NCBI GenBank assembly: GCA_032718475.1
Contig: JAUCBJ010005092.1
Location: 31,315 to 95,314, forward strand
Direction of reading: 5' to 3'
Source: Nemertoderma westbladi
Taxonomy: Eukaryota; Animalia; Xenacoelomorpha
DNA length: 64,000 bases
Positions 1 to 9,900 of the stretch are shown in pieces. Positions within the stretch are counted from its first letter, which is position 1. Every line of letters begins with the position of its first letter. A model generated the notes under the pieces. It had not been told where the DNA came from. It did no database searches and was given only the letters and a program-made list of their open reading frames with translations. The translations under genes were made by a program, and so were the position numbers.

Positions 1-153
1 GTATTCTTAACATGGTAAACTGCAAAGTGGAATATAACAGCAGAAAGTCTTGTACACTTCACATATGGGCCCCTTATTGTAATGTTGAGTTTAAATACCA
101 CTGATACTGTATGGTGGTGTATATATGTAGGTCTTTGCTAGAGGTGTTTACTA

Positions 154-187
154 GGTAATTAATTACCCGACAACATTTACCGGTAAA
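154..187. repeat. Two adjacent perfect palindromes
   Basis: GGTAATTAATTACC (154-167) and TTTACCGGTAAA (176-187). Confidence 0.6.
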
Positions 188-448
188 CATTTATTACGCT
201 ATTGATATTCATAAAACTAAAAGTAGATATTATTACCCTCGTGTTTACCGCTAGGTAATACCTAAATTTACTGGGAGAGGGGTAGGGAGTTATTAATCAT
301 TTGCACATTATATATTTTCCCCTTAAATTATGTCATTTGGTTGAATTTTGCTACACTAAAGGAGCTCCAGAAACATGTGCAGTAATGTGGGAGACGGTCT
401 GCTGGAAAACTTTGTACAGGCAACACGTTCGTGGGGCCATCGCGCAGG

Positions 449-493
449 ACGAGGCTCAGTTATGAGATAAAGATTAAAATTGAGCAATTCTAT
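449..493 (+). repeat. Target-site duplication, left copy (45 bp)
   Basis: ACGAGGCTCAGTTATGAGATAAAGATTAAAATTGAGCAATTCTAT is identical to 1620-1664 and abuts the truncated 5' end of the LINE. Confidence 0.92.
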
Positions 494-1567
494 GTTCAGC
501 ATACTTTCATTATATGGGATTCCTGATGAAATTATTGCAGCAATCAGATCAGTATACGATGGTTCGACAACATTTGTGTCTACTGTTGACGGTGACACAG
601 AACCATTTGAAGTGTTATGGGGCGTCCTCCAAGGAGACACACTTGCACCATTCTTGTTCATTATTGTGGTTGACTATGTTCTACGCATGTCCTTAGATCA
701 TCATAATGATGATGGGGTGATGATAACTCCACCTACTGGCTCCAGAAGTCGAGGAAATCCTGCCAAGTACCTAACTGATCTAGACTTTGCTGATCACTTA
801 GGAGTACTCTCAGAATCATTAGAGGGAGCCCAACGGCTCCTCAGCTCACTAGAACATGCTGCTTCTAGTGTTGGTCTTTTTATTAACTCCAGAAAGACCA
901 AAATTTTGACAGTTAACTTTGAAAGTCCTCAGCAAGTCTCTGATCGGATGAGCATAAGCTCAAAAGATGGTATGCTTGAGCATGTGGATGACTTCTGTTA
1001 CTGGGATCATGGATCCGGAATAATACGTAAGGATACGATCGAATACGTAAGGGAAAGGCATGGGCAGCCTTAAATAGGCTTTCCAGGATTTGGAAGTCAC
1101 CGAGAATTAATCGGAAACTTAAGGTCCGATTATTTAGAGCAGCAGTAGTTCCAGTACTCCTCTATGGGAGTCCATGCTGGGCTCTAACTGCTGAGGACAC
1201 CAAATCTCTGGATGGCACATTCACAAGAATGCTAGGCCGGGTTCATTGTGTCAAGTACAATGCACAAATCTCCAACCAGACACTATATAACATTGGAGGT
1301 GTCTCATTGGTTCCCCCAAGCTTGACACTAGAACAAAATCGCCTCCGCTTTGCAGGACATTGCTTTCGCCGTGAGGACCAGCCAGTGCATAATCTTGTAC
1401 TTTGGCAGCCTCATGGAGTGAATAAGCATGGTGGACAGCCCATGACTTTCTTGAGACGCATCTTAAAGGACTCAGGCCTTAAAGATGCGGATGATCTAGC
1501 AAATGTCATGGGTGATAGGGAGTTGTGGCGGTGCAATTTTGTTGACAAGCCGGCACAGCATTCTTAA
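494..1567 (+). pseudogene. Disrupted reverse transcriptase ORF (C-terminal part of RT plus post-RT region)
   Basis: ORFs 480..1073 and 1229..1567 are pieces of one frame. The break lies near 1000-1040: DDFCY continues as LGSWI only after a 1-nt shift, and AATACGTAAGG occurs twice nearby. The second catalytic Asp reads His (FADH). No endonuclease domain or N-terminal RT is present. Confidence 0.85.
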
Positions 1568-1619
1568 AAATGCAGCTGCAATGCAGCATGCCGATCCTAG
1601 TAGTAGTAGTAGTAGTAGT
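494..1619 (+). mobile_element. 5'-truncated non-LTR retrotransposon (LINE), RTE-like clade
   Basis: RT motifs GVLQGDTLAPFLF and LDFADH, the latter in the [YF]ADD position. After a frameshift the sequence reads KAWAALNRLSRIWKS...LFRAAVVPVLLYGSPCWALT...LDGTFTRMLGR...RLRFAGHCFRR, a C-terminus typical of RTE-type ORFs. Stop at 1565-1567, ~30-nt 3' UTR, (TAG)n tail, and direct repeats on both sides. Clade assigned by motif recognition, not phylogeny. Confidence 0.88.
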
Positions 1620-1620
1620 A
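1598..1620 (+). repeat. (TAG)7TA microsatellite 3' tail of the LINE
   Basis: TAGTAGTAGTAGTAGTAGTAGTA lies between the 3' UTR and the right TSD. Short-repeat tails instead of poly(A) are known for RTE, CR1 and L2 elements. Confidence 0.9.
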
Positions 1621-1664
1621 CGAGGCTCAGTTATGAGATAAAGATTAAAATTGAGCAATTCTAT
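1620..1664 (+). repeat. Target-site duplication, right copy (45 bp)
   Basis: Identical to 449-493 and follows the (TAG)n tail directly. The A at 1620 may belong to either the tail or the TSD. Confidence 0.92.
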
Positions 1665-1998
1665 CCCAAAATCGGTACTTAAGAAATTTAAATAAATAAA
1701 TAAGAAAATTAACCAAACCGCCAATAAGAATAAATCAAAGAAGAGAGGAAAGTTAATTACATTTAGATCAATTCAAAACAGAAGTTCTTATAAGAAAGTA
1801 CCAGAAGGTCTTATACTCTAAAATAATTAATTTCCATTAAAAGACAGGCTTGAAAATGCCGTTTTTACCCCAACCAACTTAATTAATTTTAATTTAATTA
1901 ATCAAATCAAATCAAATAAAAAAAAATGGATTAATTTAATTAATAAACTGCTATTATCTTAGCTTCTCGAAGGCCACACGGAAATTCAACTTGGAAAA

Positions 1999-2184
1999 TT
2001 TCTAAACTTTTGCCAGACTATATATATGTACCAAGTTTGGATAGATTTCATTGATATTTGGCAGAGTTATTAACGTTTAAAATTGAACACAAGAGCACAG
2101 AACGACAGAACGACAGACACACAGATTGAGTTAGTGGTACCTGTATGCTAAGCTCGCTTTCTTTCGTCGCTCGCCCCGCCCCAC
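1999..2184 (+). mobile_element. Conserved end of a non-autonomous interspersed element (Helentron/DINE-1/HINE-like), copy A
   Basis: TTTCTAAACTTTTGCCAGACTA...GTACCAAGTTT...ATTTCAT..., a degenerate GACAGA microsatellite (~2097-2125), then TATGCTAAG...GCTCGCCCC...CCAC. Colinear with the reverse complement of 3172-3333. The family assignment is inferred from architecture only, and the true 5' end is not defined. Confidence 0.5.
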
Positions 2185-3171
2185 AACAAAGCACCGCCAC
2201 TTGAACCCAGTATTCCCCATGCGATAACAGTAGCCTACCGTATGCAGTACTCATGAGAATGGCTCCCGCTGGCGGTAACGTAAGAGCTAGGCAGCCAGGC
2301 CTGTATTAGTCATTTGTGTAAAGTTGTGTCCGAGTTCGCTCGACCTACAGTAGTACTGTAGTAGTATAAAGTTATACTGGTATCGGTACTGATGTTGGTT
2401 ATCAAAAGTTTCACTTTCGGGCTGAGACCAACTACGTACACGGACGGTACTACTGATTTGTGATTGTTTCTAAGTAACAATTAATTACAAATATCTCAAC
2501 GAGTTTAAATATCTTACAGCGTTTTGGTTCTCTGTTAGCTAGCTGGCTGCTGGGTATATCAAAGGTTTCTAATGCTGCAATAAGCGTTGCCATTTTCGCC
2601 GAATATCTAATATCATTAACATGAACTCATAGCAAACTAGGTACACAACACACACATGGATATTTCGACTTAAGAGATAAATATCTGAATCCGTGGTTGT
2701 CAAGATAATGCATATATAATGATTCATATATGTTCTTTATTACTGATAAAATAATTATCAAAATTGTGTATTTTTGTCGTACTGACCAATAAGTTTATAG
2801 GATATGTTTAACCCTATTGTGCAAACTTTGTATACACATCTACATCGAATGTGAATGTTGTTCGTTAAAATGGTGGAAAATATAATGAAAGGAAAGAAAG
2901 GAGTACAAGGGTAGCTTGTAACGCCTATGTGCTGCATAATTCTAAGCAACTCTAAGATGGTAATTGTATACTTATTCACAATAATTATGTAATGACCAAT
3001 ATGTAGGCCTATTGATCAGTAATACATTGTGAATCGCAGCAAACGTCTATATTTTTGTTAGGTCTGCTGGTTTTGGCAATAAAATACCGAGACATTCTAA
3101 ACAACTTCGCTAGTTAAGTAACCATTGTATTTATATTATACCATGAACCCTGCATCTGCATAGCAAGCTGG

Positions 3172-3333
3172 TGTGGGGCGAGCCACGAAGTGAGTAAAGC
3201 CTTAGCATATGGGTGCCATTAACGAGTAGTCTGTCGTCGTCGTCTTAAATATTTGATCGCTATAAAACTCGGTTATTCCTTGATGAAATTAAACGAAACT
3301 TGGTACGTATGTAGTCCGGCAAAAGTTTAGAAA
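3172..3333 (-). mobile_element. Related interspersed element, copy B, inverted relative to copy A
   Basis: The reverse complement reads TTTCTAAACTTTTGCCGGACTACATACGTACCAAGTTTCG...ATTTCATC...GACGACGACAGAC...TATGCTAAGG...GCTCGCCCCAC, matching the blocks of 1999-2184 in the same order. It may extend to ~3530 (see internal direct repeat). Confidence 0.55.
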
Positions 3334-3358
3334 GAATCGGAAGTTTGGTAAAAAACGA

Positions 3359-3509
3359 ACGAACGCAACGAGTTTACAGTGGATACGAGTATCCATCTGC
3401 CATAAATCAGCAGTTACTCTCACAGTTTTGAGACTTTGCATAGTTATAAAGGTCGTTAGTCTCCGTTTAGGGAAATTATTTTAAGACGTAGCAGGACGAA
3501 CGCAACGAG
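3359..3509 (+). repeat. Short direct repeat ACGAACGCAACGAG x2, 137 bp apart
   Basis: Exact 14-mer at 3359-3372 and 3496-3509, each followed ~15 bp later by GAGTAT. Possibly diverged internal core repeats of element copy B. Confidence 0.6.
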
Positions 3510-3945
3510 GCTAATCAAGGAGAAGAGTATTGTAAAACTAAAAATGTCATACTTAACTTAAATAGCTCTAGTTAGAAGGTTTACAAATGACAGTTAAAGT
3601 GTGTAAGGGCAAACTGAAATGGATCTCTGTTTTTACAACTAGTTTATCACAAACTGATAGCATCGCCTTCACTCATATATATTTTGGGAAAGAGGGTTTT
3701 CGTATATCTAATAGAGATTAGTATAATGTACTTTCTAATTTAGGCTCTCGTGCTGCTCGAAGGCACCACAAACGTGTATGTACCGCCAATGAATCTGGTG
3801 CCTACAGTAAGAGCCCAGTAGGAACCGCTATAGCAGAACAGGCTCTGCTGCCAATAATAAATTTACCCTTGATTGTTTATTTAGACATCGTTTCACCCTT
3901 TCGTATTCGAAAGTCTTTAGCAAATCTCCGACTCAAAGATTATAG

Positions 3946-6900
3946 GTAGCAGAAGTCTACATGAGCTGAGCAACCCGAGGCCATACACTAATGGTAGCAG
4001 AAGTCTTCAACATGAGCTGAGCAACCCGAGGCCATACACTAATGGTAGCAGAAGTCCTCTACATGAGCTGAGCAACCAGAGGCCATACACTAATGGTAGC
4101 AGAAGTCTTCTACATGAGCTGAGCAACCCGAGGCCATACACTAATGGTAGCAGAAGTCTTCTACATGAGCTGAGCAACCAGAGGCCATACACTAATGGTA
4201 GCAGAAGTCTTCTACATTAGCTGAGCAACCAGAGGCCATACACTAATGGTAGCAGAAGTCTTCTACATGAGCTGAGCAACCAGTGGCCATACACTAATGG
4301 TAGCAGAAGTCCTCTACATGAGCTGAGCAACCCGAGGCCATACACTAATGGTAGCAGAAGTCTTCTACATGAGCTGAGCAACCAGAGGCCATACACTAAT
4401 GGTAGCAGAAGTCTTCTACATTAGCTGAGCAACCAGAGGCCATACACTAATGGTAGCAGAAGTCTTCTACATGAGCTGAGCAACCAGTGGCCATACACTA
4501 ATGGTAGCAGAAGTCCTCTACATGAGCTGAGCAACCAGAGGCCATACACTAATGGTAGCAGAAGTCTTCTACATGAGCTGAGCAACCAGTGGCCATACAC
4601 TAATGGTAGCAGAAGTCTTCTATATGAGCTGAGCAACCAGTGGCCATACACTAATGGTAACAGAAGTCTTCTATATGAGCTGAGCAACCAGAGGCCATAC
4701 ACTAATGGTAGCAGAAGTCCTCTACATGAGCTGAGCAACCAGAGGCCATACACTAATGGTAGCAGAAGTCTTCTACATGAGCTGAGCAACCCGAGGCCAT
4801 ACACTAATGGTAGCAGAAGTCTTCTACATGAGCTGAGCAACCAGAGGCCATACACTAATGGTAGCAGAAGTCTTCTACATTAGCTGAGCAACCAGAGGCC
4901 ATACACTAATGGTAGCAGAAGTCTTCTACATGAGCTGAGCAACCAGTGGCCATACACTAATGGTAGCAGAAGTCTTCTACATAAGCTGAGCAACCAGAGG
5001 CCATACACTAATGGTATCAGAAGTCTTCTACATGAGCTGAGCAACCCGAGGCCATACACTAATGGTAGCAGAAGTCTTCTACATGAGCTGAGCAACCAGA
5101 GGCCATACACTAATGGTAGCAGAAGTCTTCTACATTAGCTGAGCAACCAGAGGCCATACACTAATGGTAGCAGTAGTCTTCTACATGAGCTGAGCAACCC
5201 GAGGCCATACACTAATGGTATCAGAAGTCTTCTACATGAGCTGAGCAACCAGAGGCCATACACTAATGGTAGCAGAAGTCTTCTACATGAGCTGAGCAAC
5301 CCGAGGCCATACACTAATGGTAGCAGAAGTCTTCTACATTAGCTGAGCAACCAGAGGCCATACACTAATGGTAGCAGAAGTCCTCTACATGAGCTGAGCA
5401 ACCAGAGGCCATACACTAATGGTAGCAGAAGTCTTCTACATGAGCTGAGCAACCCGAGGCCATACACTAATGGTAGCAGAAGTCTTCTACATAAGCTGAG
5501 CAACCAGAGGCCATACACTAATGGTAGCAGAAGTCTTCTACATAAGCTGAGCAACCAGAGGCCATACACTAATGGTAGCAGTAGTCTTCTACATGAGTTG
5601 AGCAACCAGAGGCCATACACTAATGGTAGCAGTAGTCTTCTACATGAGCTGAGCAACCCGAGGCCATACACTAATGGTAGCAGAAGTCTTCTACATGAGC
5701 TGAGCAACCAGAGGCCATACACTAATGGTAGCAGAAGTCTTGTACATGAGCTGAGCAACCCGAGGCCATACACTAATGGTAGCAGAAGTCTTCTACATGA
5801 GCTGAGCAACCAGAGGCCATACACTAATGGTAGCAGAAGTCTTCTACATGAGCTGAGCAACCCGAGGCCATACACTAATGGTAGCAGAAGTCTTCTACAT
5901 GAGCTGAGCAACCAGAGGCCATACACTAATGGTAGCAGAAGTCTTCTACATGAGCTGAGCAACCAGAGGCCATACACTAATGGTAGCAGAAGTCTTCTAC
6001 ATGAGCTGAGCAACCCGAGGCCATACACTAATGGTAGCAGAAGTCTTCTACATGAGCTGAGCAACCCGAGGCCATACACTAATGGTAGCAGAAGTCTTCT
6101 ACATGAGCTGAGCAACCAGAGGCCATACACTAATGGTAGCAGTAGTCTTCTACATGAGTTGAGCAACCCGAGGCCATACACTAATGGTAGCAGAAGTCTT
6201 CTACATGAGCTGAGCAACCAGAGGCCATACACTAATGGTAGCAGAAGTCTTCTACATAAGCTGAGCAACCAGAGGCCATACACTAATGGTAGCAGAAGTC
6301 TTCTACATAAGCTGAGCAACCAGAGGCCATACACTAATGGTAGCAGAAGTCTTCTACATGAGCTGAGCAACCCGAGGCCATACACTAATGGTAGCAGAAG
6401 TCTTCTACATGAGCTGAGCAACCCGAGGCCATACACTAATGGTAGCAGAAGTCTTCTACATAAGCTGAGCAACCAGAGGCCATACACTAATGGTAGCAGA
6501 AGTCTTCTACATAAGCTGAGCAACCAGAGGCCATACACTAATGGTAGCAGTAGTCTTCTACATGAGCTGAGCAACCCGAGGCCATACACTAATGGTAGCA
6601 GAAGTCTTCTACATGAGCTGAGCAACCCGAGGCCATACACTAATGGTAGCAGAAGTCTTCTACATAAGCTGAGCAACCAGAGGCCATACACTAATGGTAG
6701 CAGAAGTCTTCTACATAAGCTGAGCAACCAGAGGCCATACACTAATGGTAGCAGAAGTCTTCTACATGAGCTGAGCAACCAGAGGCCATACACTAATGGT
6801 AGCAGAAGTCTTCTACATAAGCTGAGCAACCAGAGGCCATACACTAATGGTAGCAGAAGTCTTCTACATAAGCTGAGCAACCAGAGGCCATACACTAATG

Positions 6901-9900
6901 GTAGCAGAAGTCTTCTACATGAGCTGAGCAACCCGAGGCCATACACTAATGGTAGCAGAAGTCTTCTACATGAGCTGAGCAACCCGAGGCCATACACTAA
7001 TGGTAGCAGAAGTCTTCTACATAAGCTGAGCAACCAGAGGCCATACACTAATGGTAGCAGAAGTCTTCTACATAAGCTGAGCAACCAGAGGCCATACACT
7101 AATGGTAGCAGTAGTCTTCTACATGAGTTGAGCAACCAGAGGCCATACACTAATGGTAGCAGTAGTCTTCTACATGAGCTGAGCAACCCGAGGCCATACA
7201 CTAATGGTAGCAGAAGTCTTCTACATGAGCTGAGCAACCAGAGGCCATACACTAATGGTAGCAGAAGTCTTGTACATGAGCTGAGCAACCCGAGGCCATA
7301 CACTAATGGTAGCAGAAGTCTTCTACATGAGCTGAGCAACCAGAGGCCATACACTAATGGTAGCAGAAGTCTTCTACATGAGCTGAGCAACCAGAGGCCA
7401 TACACTAATGGTAGCAGAAGTCTTCTACATGAGCTGAGCAACCAGAGGCCATACACTAATGGTAGCAGAAGTCTTCTACATGAGCTGAGCAACCAGAGGC
7501 CATACACTAATGGTAGCAGAAGTCTTCTACATGAGCTGAGCAACCAGAGGTCATACACTAATGGTAGCAGAAGTCTTCTACATGAGCTGAGCAACCCGAG
7601 GCCATACACTAATGGTAGCAGAAGTCTTCTACATGAGCTGAGCAACCAGAGGCCATACACTAATGGTAGCAGAAGTCTTCTACATGAGCTGAGCAACCAG
7701 AGGCCATACACTAATGATAGCAGAAGTCTTCTACATGAGCTGAGCAACCAGAGGCCATACACTAATGGTAGCAGAAGTCTTCTACATGAGCTGAGCAACC
7801 AGAGGCCATACACTAATGGTAGCAGAAGTCTTCTACATGAGCTGAGCAACCAGAGGCCATACACTAATGGTAGCAGAAGTCTTCTACATGAGCTGTGCAA
7901 CCCGAGGCCATACACTAATGGTAGCAGAAGTCTTCTACATGAGCTGAGCAACCCGAGGCCATACACTAATGGTAGCAGTAGTCTTCTACATCAGCTGAGC
8001 AACCCGAGGCCATACACTAATGGTAGCAGAAGTCTTCTACATGAGCTGAGCAACCCGAGGCCATACACTAATGGTAGCAGTAGTCTTCTACATCAGCTGA
8101 GCAACCCGAGGCCATACACTAATGGTAGCAGAAGTCTTGTACATGAGCTGAGCAACCCGAGGCCATACACTAATGGTAGCAGTAGTCTTCTACATCAGCT
8201 GAGCAACCCGAGGCCATACACTAATGGTAGCAGAAGTCTTGTACATGAGCTGAGCAACCCGAGGCCATACACTAATGGTAGCAGTAGTCTTCTACATCAG
8301 CTGAGCAACCCGAGGCCATACACTAATGGTAGCAGAAGTCTTCTACATGAGCTGAGCAACCAGAGGCCATACACTAATGGTATCAGAAGTCTTCTACATG
8401 AGCTGAGCAACCAGAGGCCATACTCTAATGGTAGCAGAAGTCTTCTACATGAGCTGAGCAACCAGAGGCCATACACTAATGGTAGCAGAAGTCTTCTACA
8501 TGAGCTGAGCAACCCGAGGCCATACACTAATGGTAGCAGAAGTCTTCTACATGAGCTGAGCAACCAGAGGCCATACACTAATGGTAGCAGAAGTCTTCTA
8601 CATGAGCTGAGCAACCAGAGGCCATACACTAATGGTAGCAGAAGTCTTCTACATGAGCTGAGCAACCCGAGGCCATACACTAATGGTAGCAGAAGTCTTC
8701 TACATGAGCTGAGCAACCAGAGGCCATACACTAATGGTAGCAGAAGTCTTCTACATGAGCTGAGCAACCCGAGGCCATACACTAATGGTAGCAGAAGTCT
8801 TCTACATGAGCTGAGCAACCAGAGGCCATACACTAATGGTAGCAGAAGTCTTCTACATGAGCTGAGCAACCAGAGGCCATACACTAATGGTAGCAGAAGT
8901 CTTCTACATGAGCTGAGCAACCAGAGGCCATACACTAATGGTAGCAGAAGTCTTCTACATGAGCTGTGCAACCAGAGGCCATACACTAATGGTAGCAGAA
9001 GTCTTCTACATGAGCTGAGCAACCAGAGGCCATACACTAATGGTAGCAGAAGTCTTCTACATGAGCTGAGCAACCAGAGGCCATACACTAATGGTAGCAG
9101 AAGTCTTCTACATGAGCTGAGCAACCCGAGGCCATACACTAATGGTAGCAGAAGTCTTCTACATGAGCTGAGCAACCAGAGGCCATACACTAATGGTAGC
9201 AGAAGTCTTCTACATGAGCTGAGCAACCAGAGGCCATACACTAATGGTAGCAGAAGTCTTCTACATGAGCTGAGCAACCAGAGGCCATACACTAATGGTA
9301 GCAGAAGTCTTCTACATGAGCTGAGCAACCAGAGGCCATACACTAATGGTAGCAGAAGTCTTCTACATGAGCTGAGCAACCAGAGGCCATACACTAATGG
9401 TAGCAGAAGTCTTCTACATGAGCTGAGCAACCAGAGGCCATACACTAATGGTAGCAGAAGTCTTCTACATGAGCTGAGCAACCAGAGGCCATACACTAAT
9501 GGTAGCAGAAGTCTTCTACATGAGCTGAGCAACCCGAGGCCATACACTAATGGTAGCAGAAGTCTTCTACATGAGCTGAGCAACCAGAGGCCATACACTA
9601 ATGGTAGCAGAAGTCTTCTACATGAGCTGAGCAACCAGAGGCCATACACTAATGGTAGCAGAAGTCTTCTACATGAGCTGAGCAACCCGAGGCCATACAC
9701 TAATGGTAGCAGAAGTCTTCTACATGAGCTGAGCAACCAGAGGCCATACACTAATGGTAGCAGAAGTCTTCTACATGAGCTGAGCAACCAGAGGCCATAC
9801 ACTAATGGTAGCAGAAGTCTTCTACATGAGTTGAGCAACCAGAGGCCATACACTAATGGTAGCAGAAGTCTTCTACATGAGCTGAGCAACCAGAGGCCAT

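Noticed and set aside
356-1724. Small ORFs 356..661(-), 514..696(+) and 1506..1724(-)
   Set aside because: Alternative-frame or antisense readings of the LINE, its TAG tail and the TSD. The shared IELLNFNLYLITEPR peptide simply reflects the TSD.
2173-2183. GC box (CCCCGCCCC) as promoter element
   Set aside because: It falls in the conserved end of the interspersed element, and there is no independent evidence of a transcription start.
2048-2979. ORFs 2048..2254(-) and 2758..2979(-)
   Set aside because: Short, with no recognisable motif. The first overlaps a non-coding repeat element and the second is AT-rich chance sequence.
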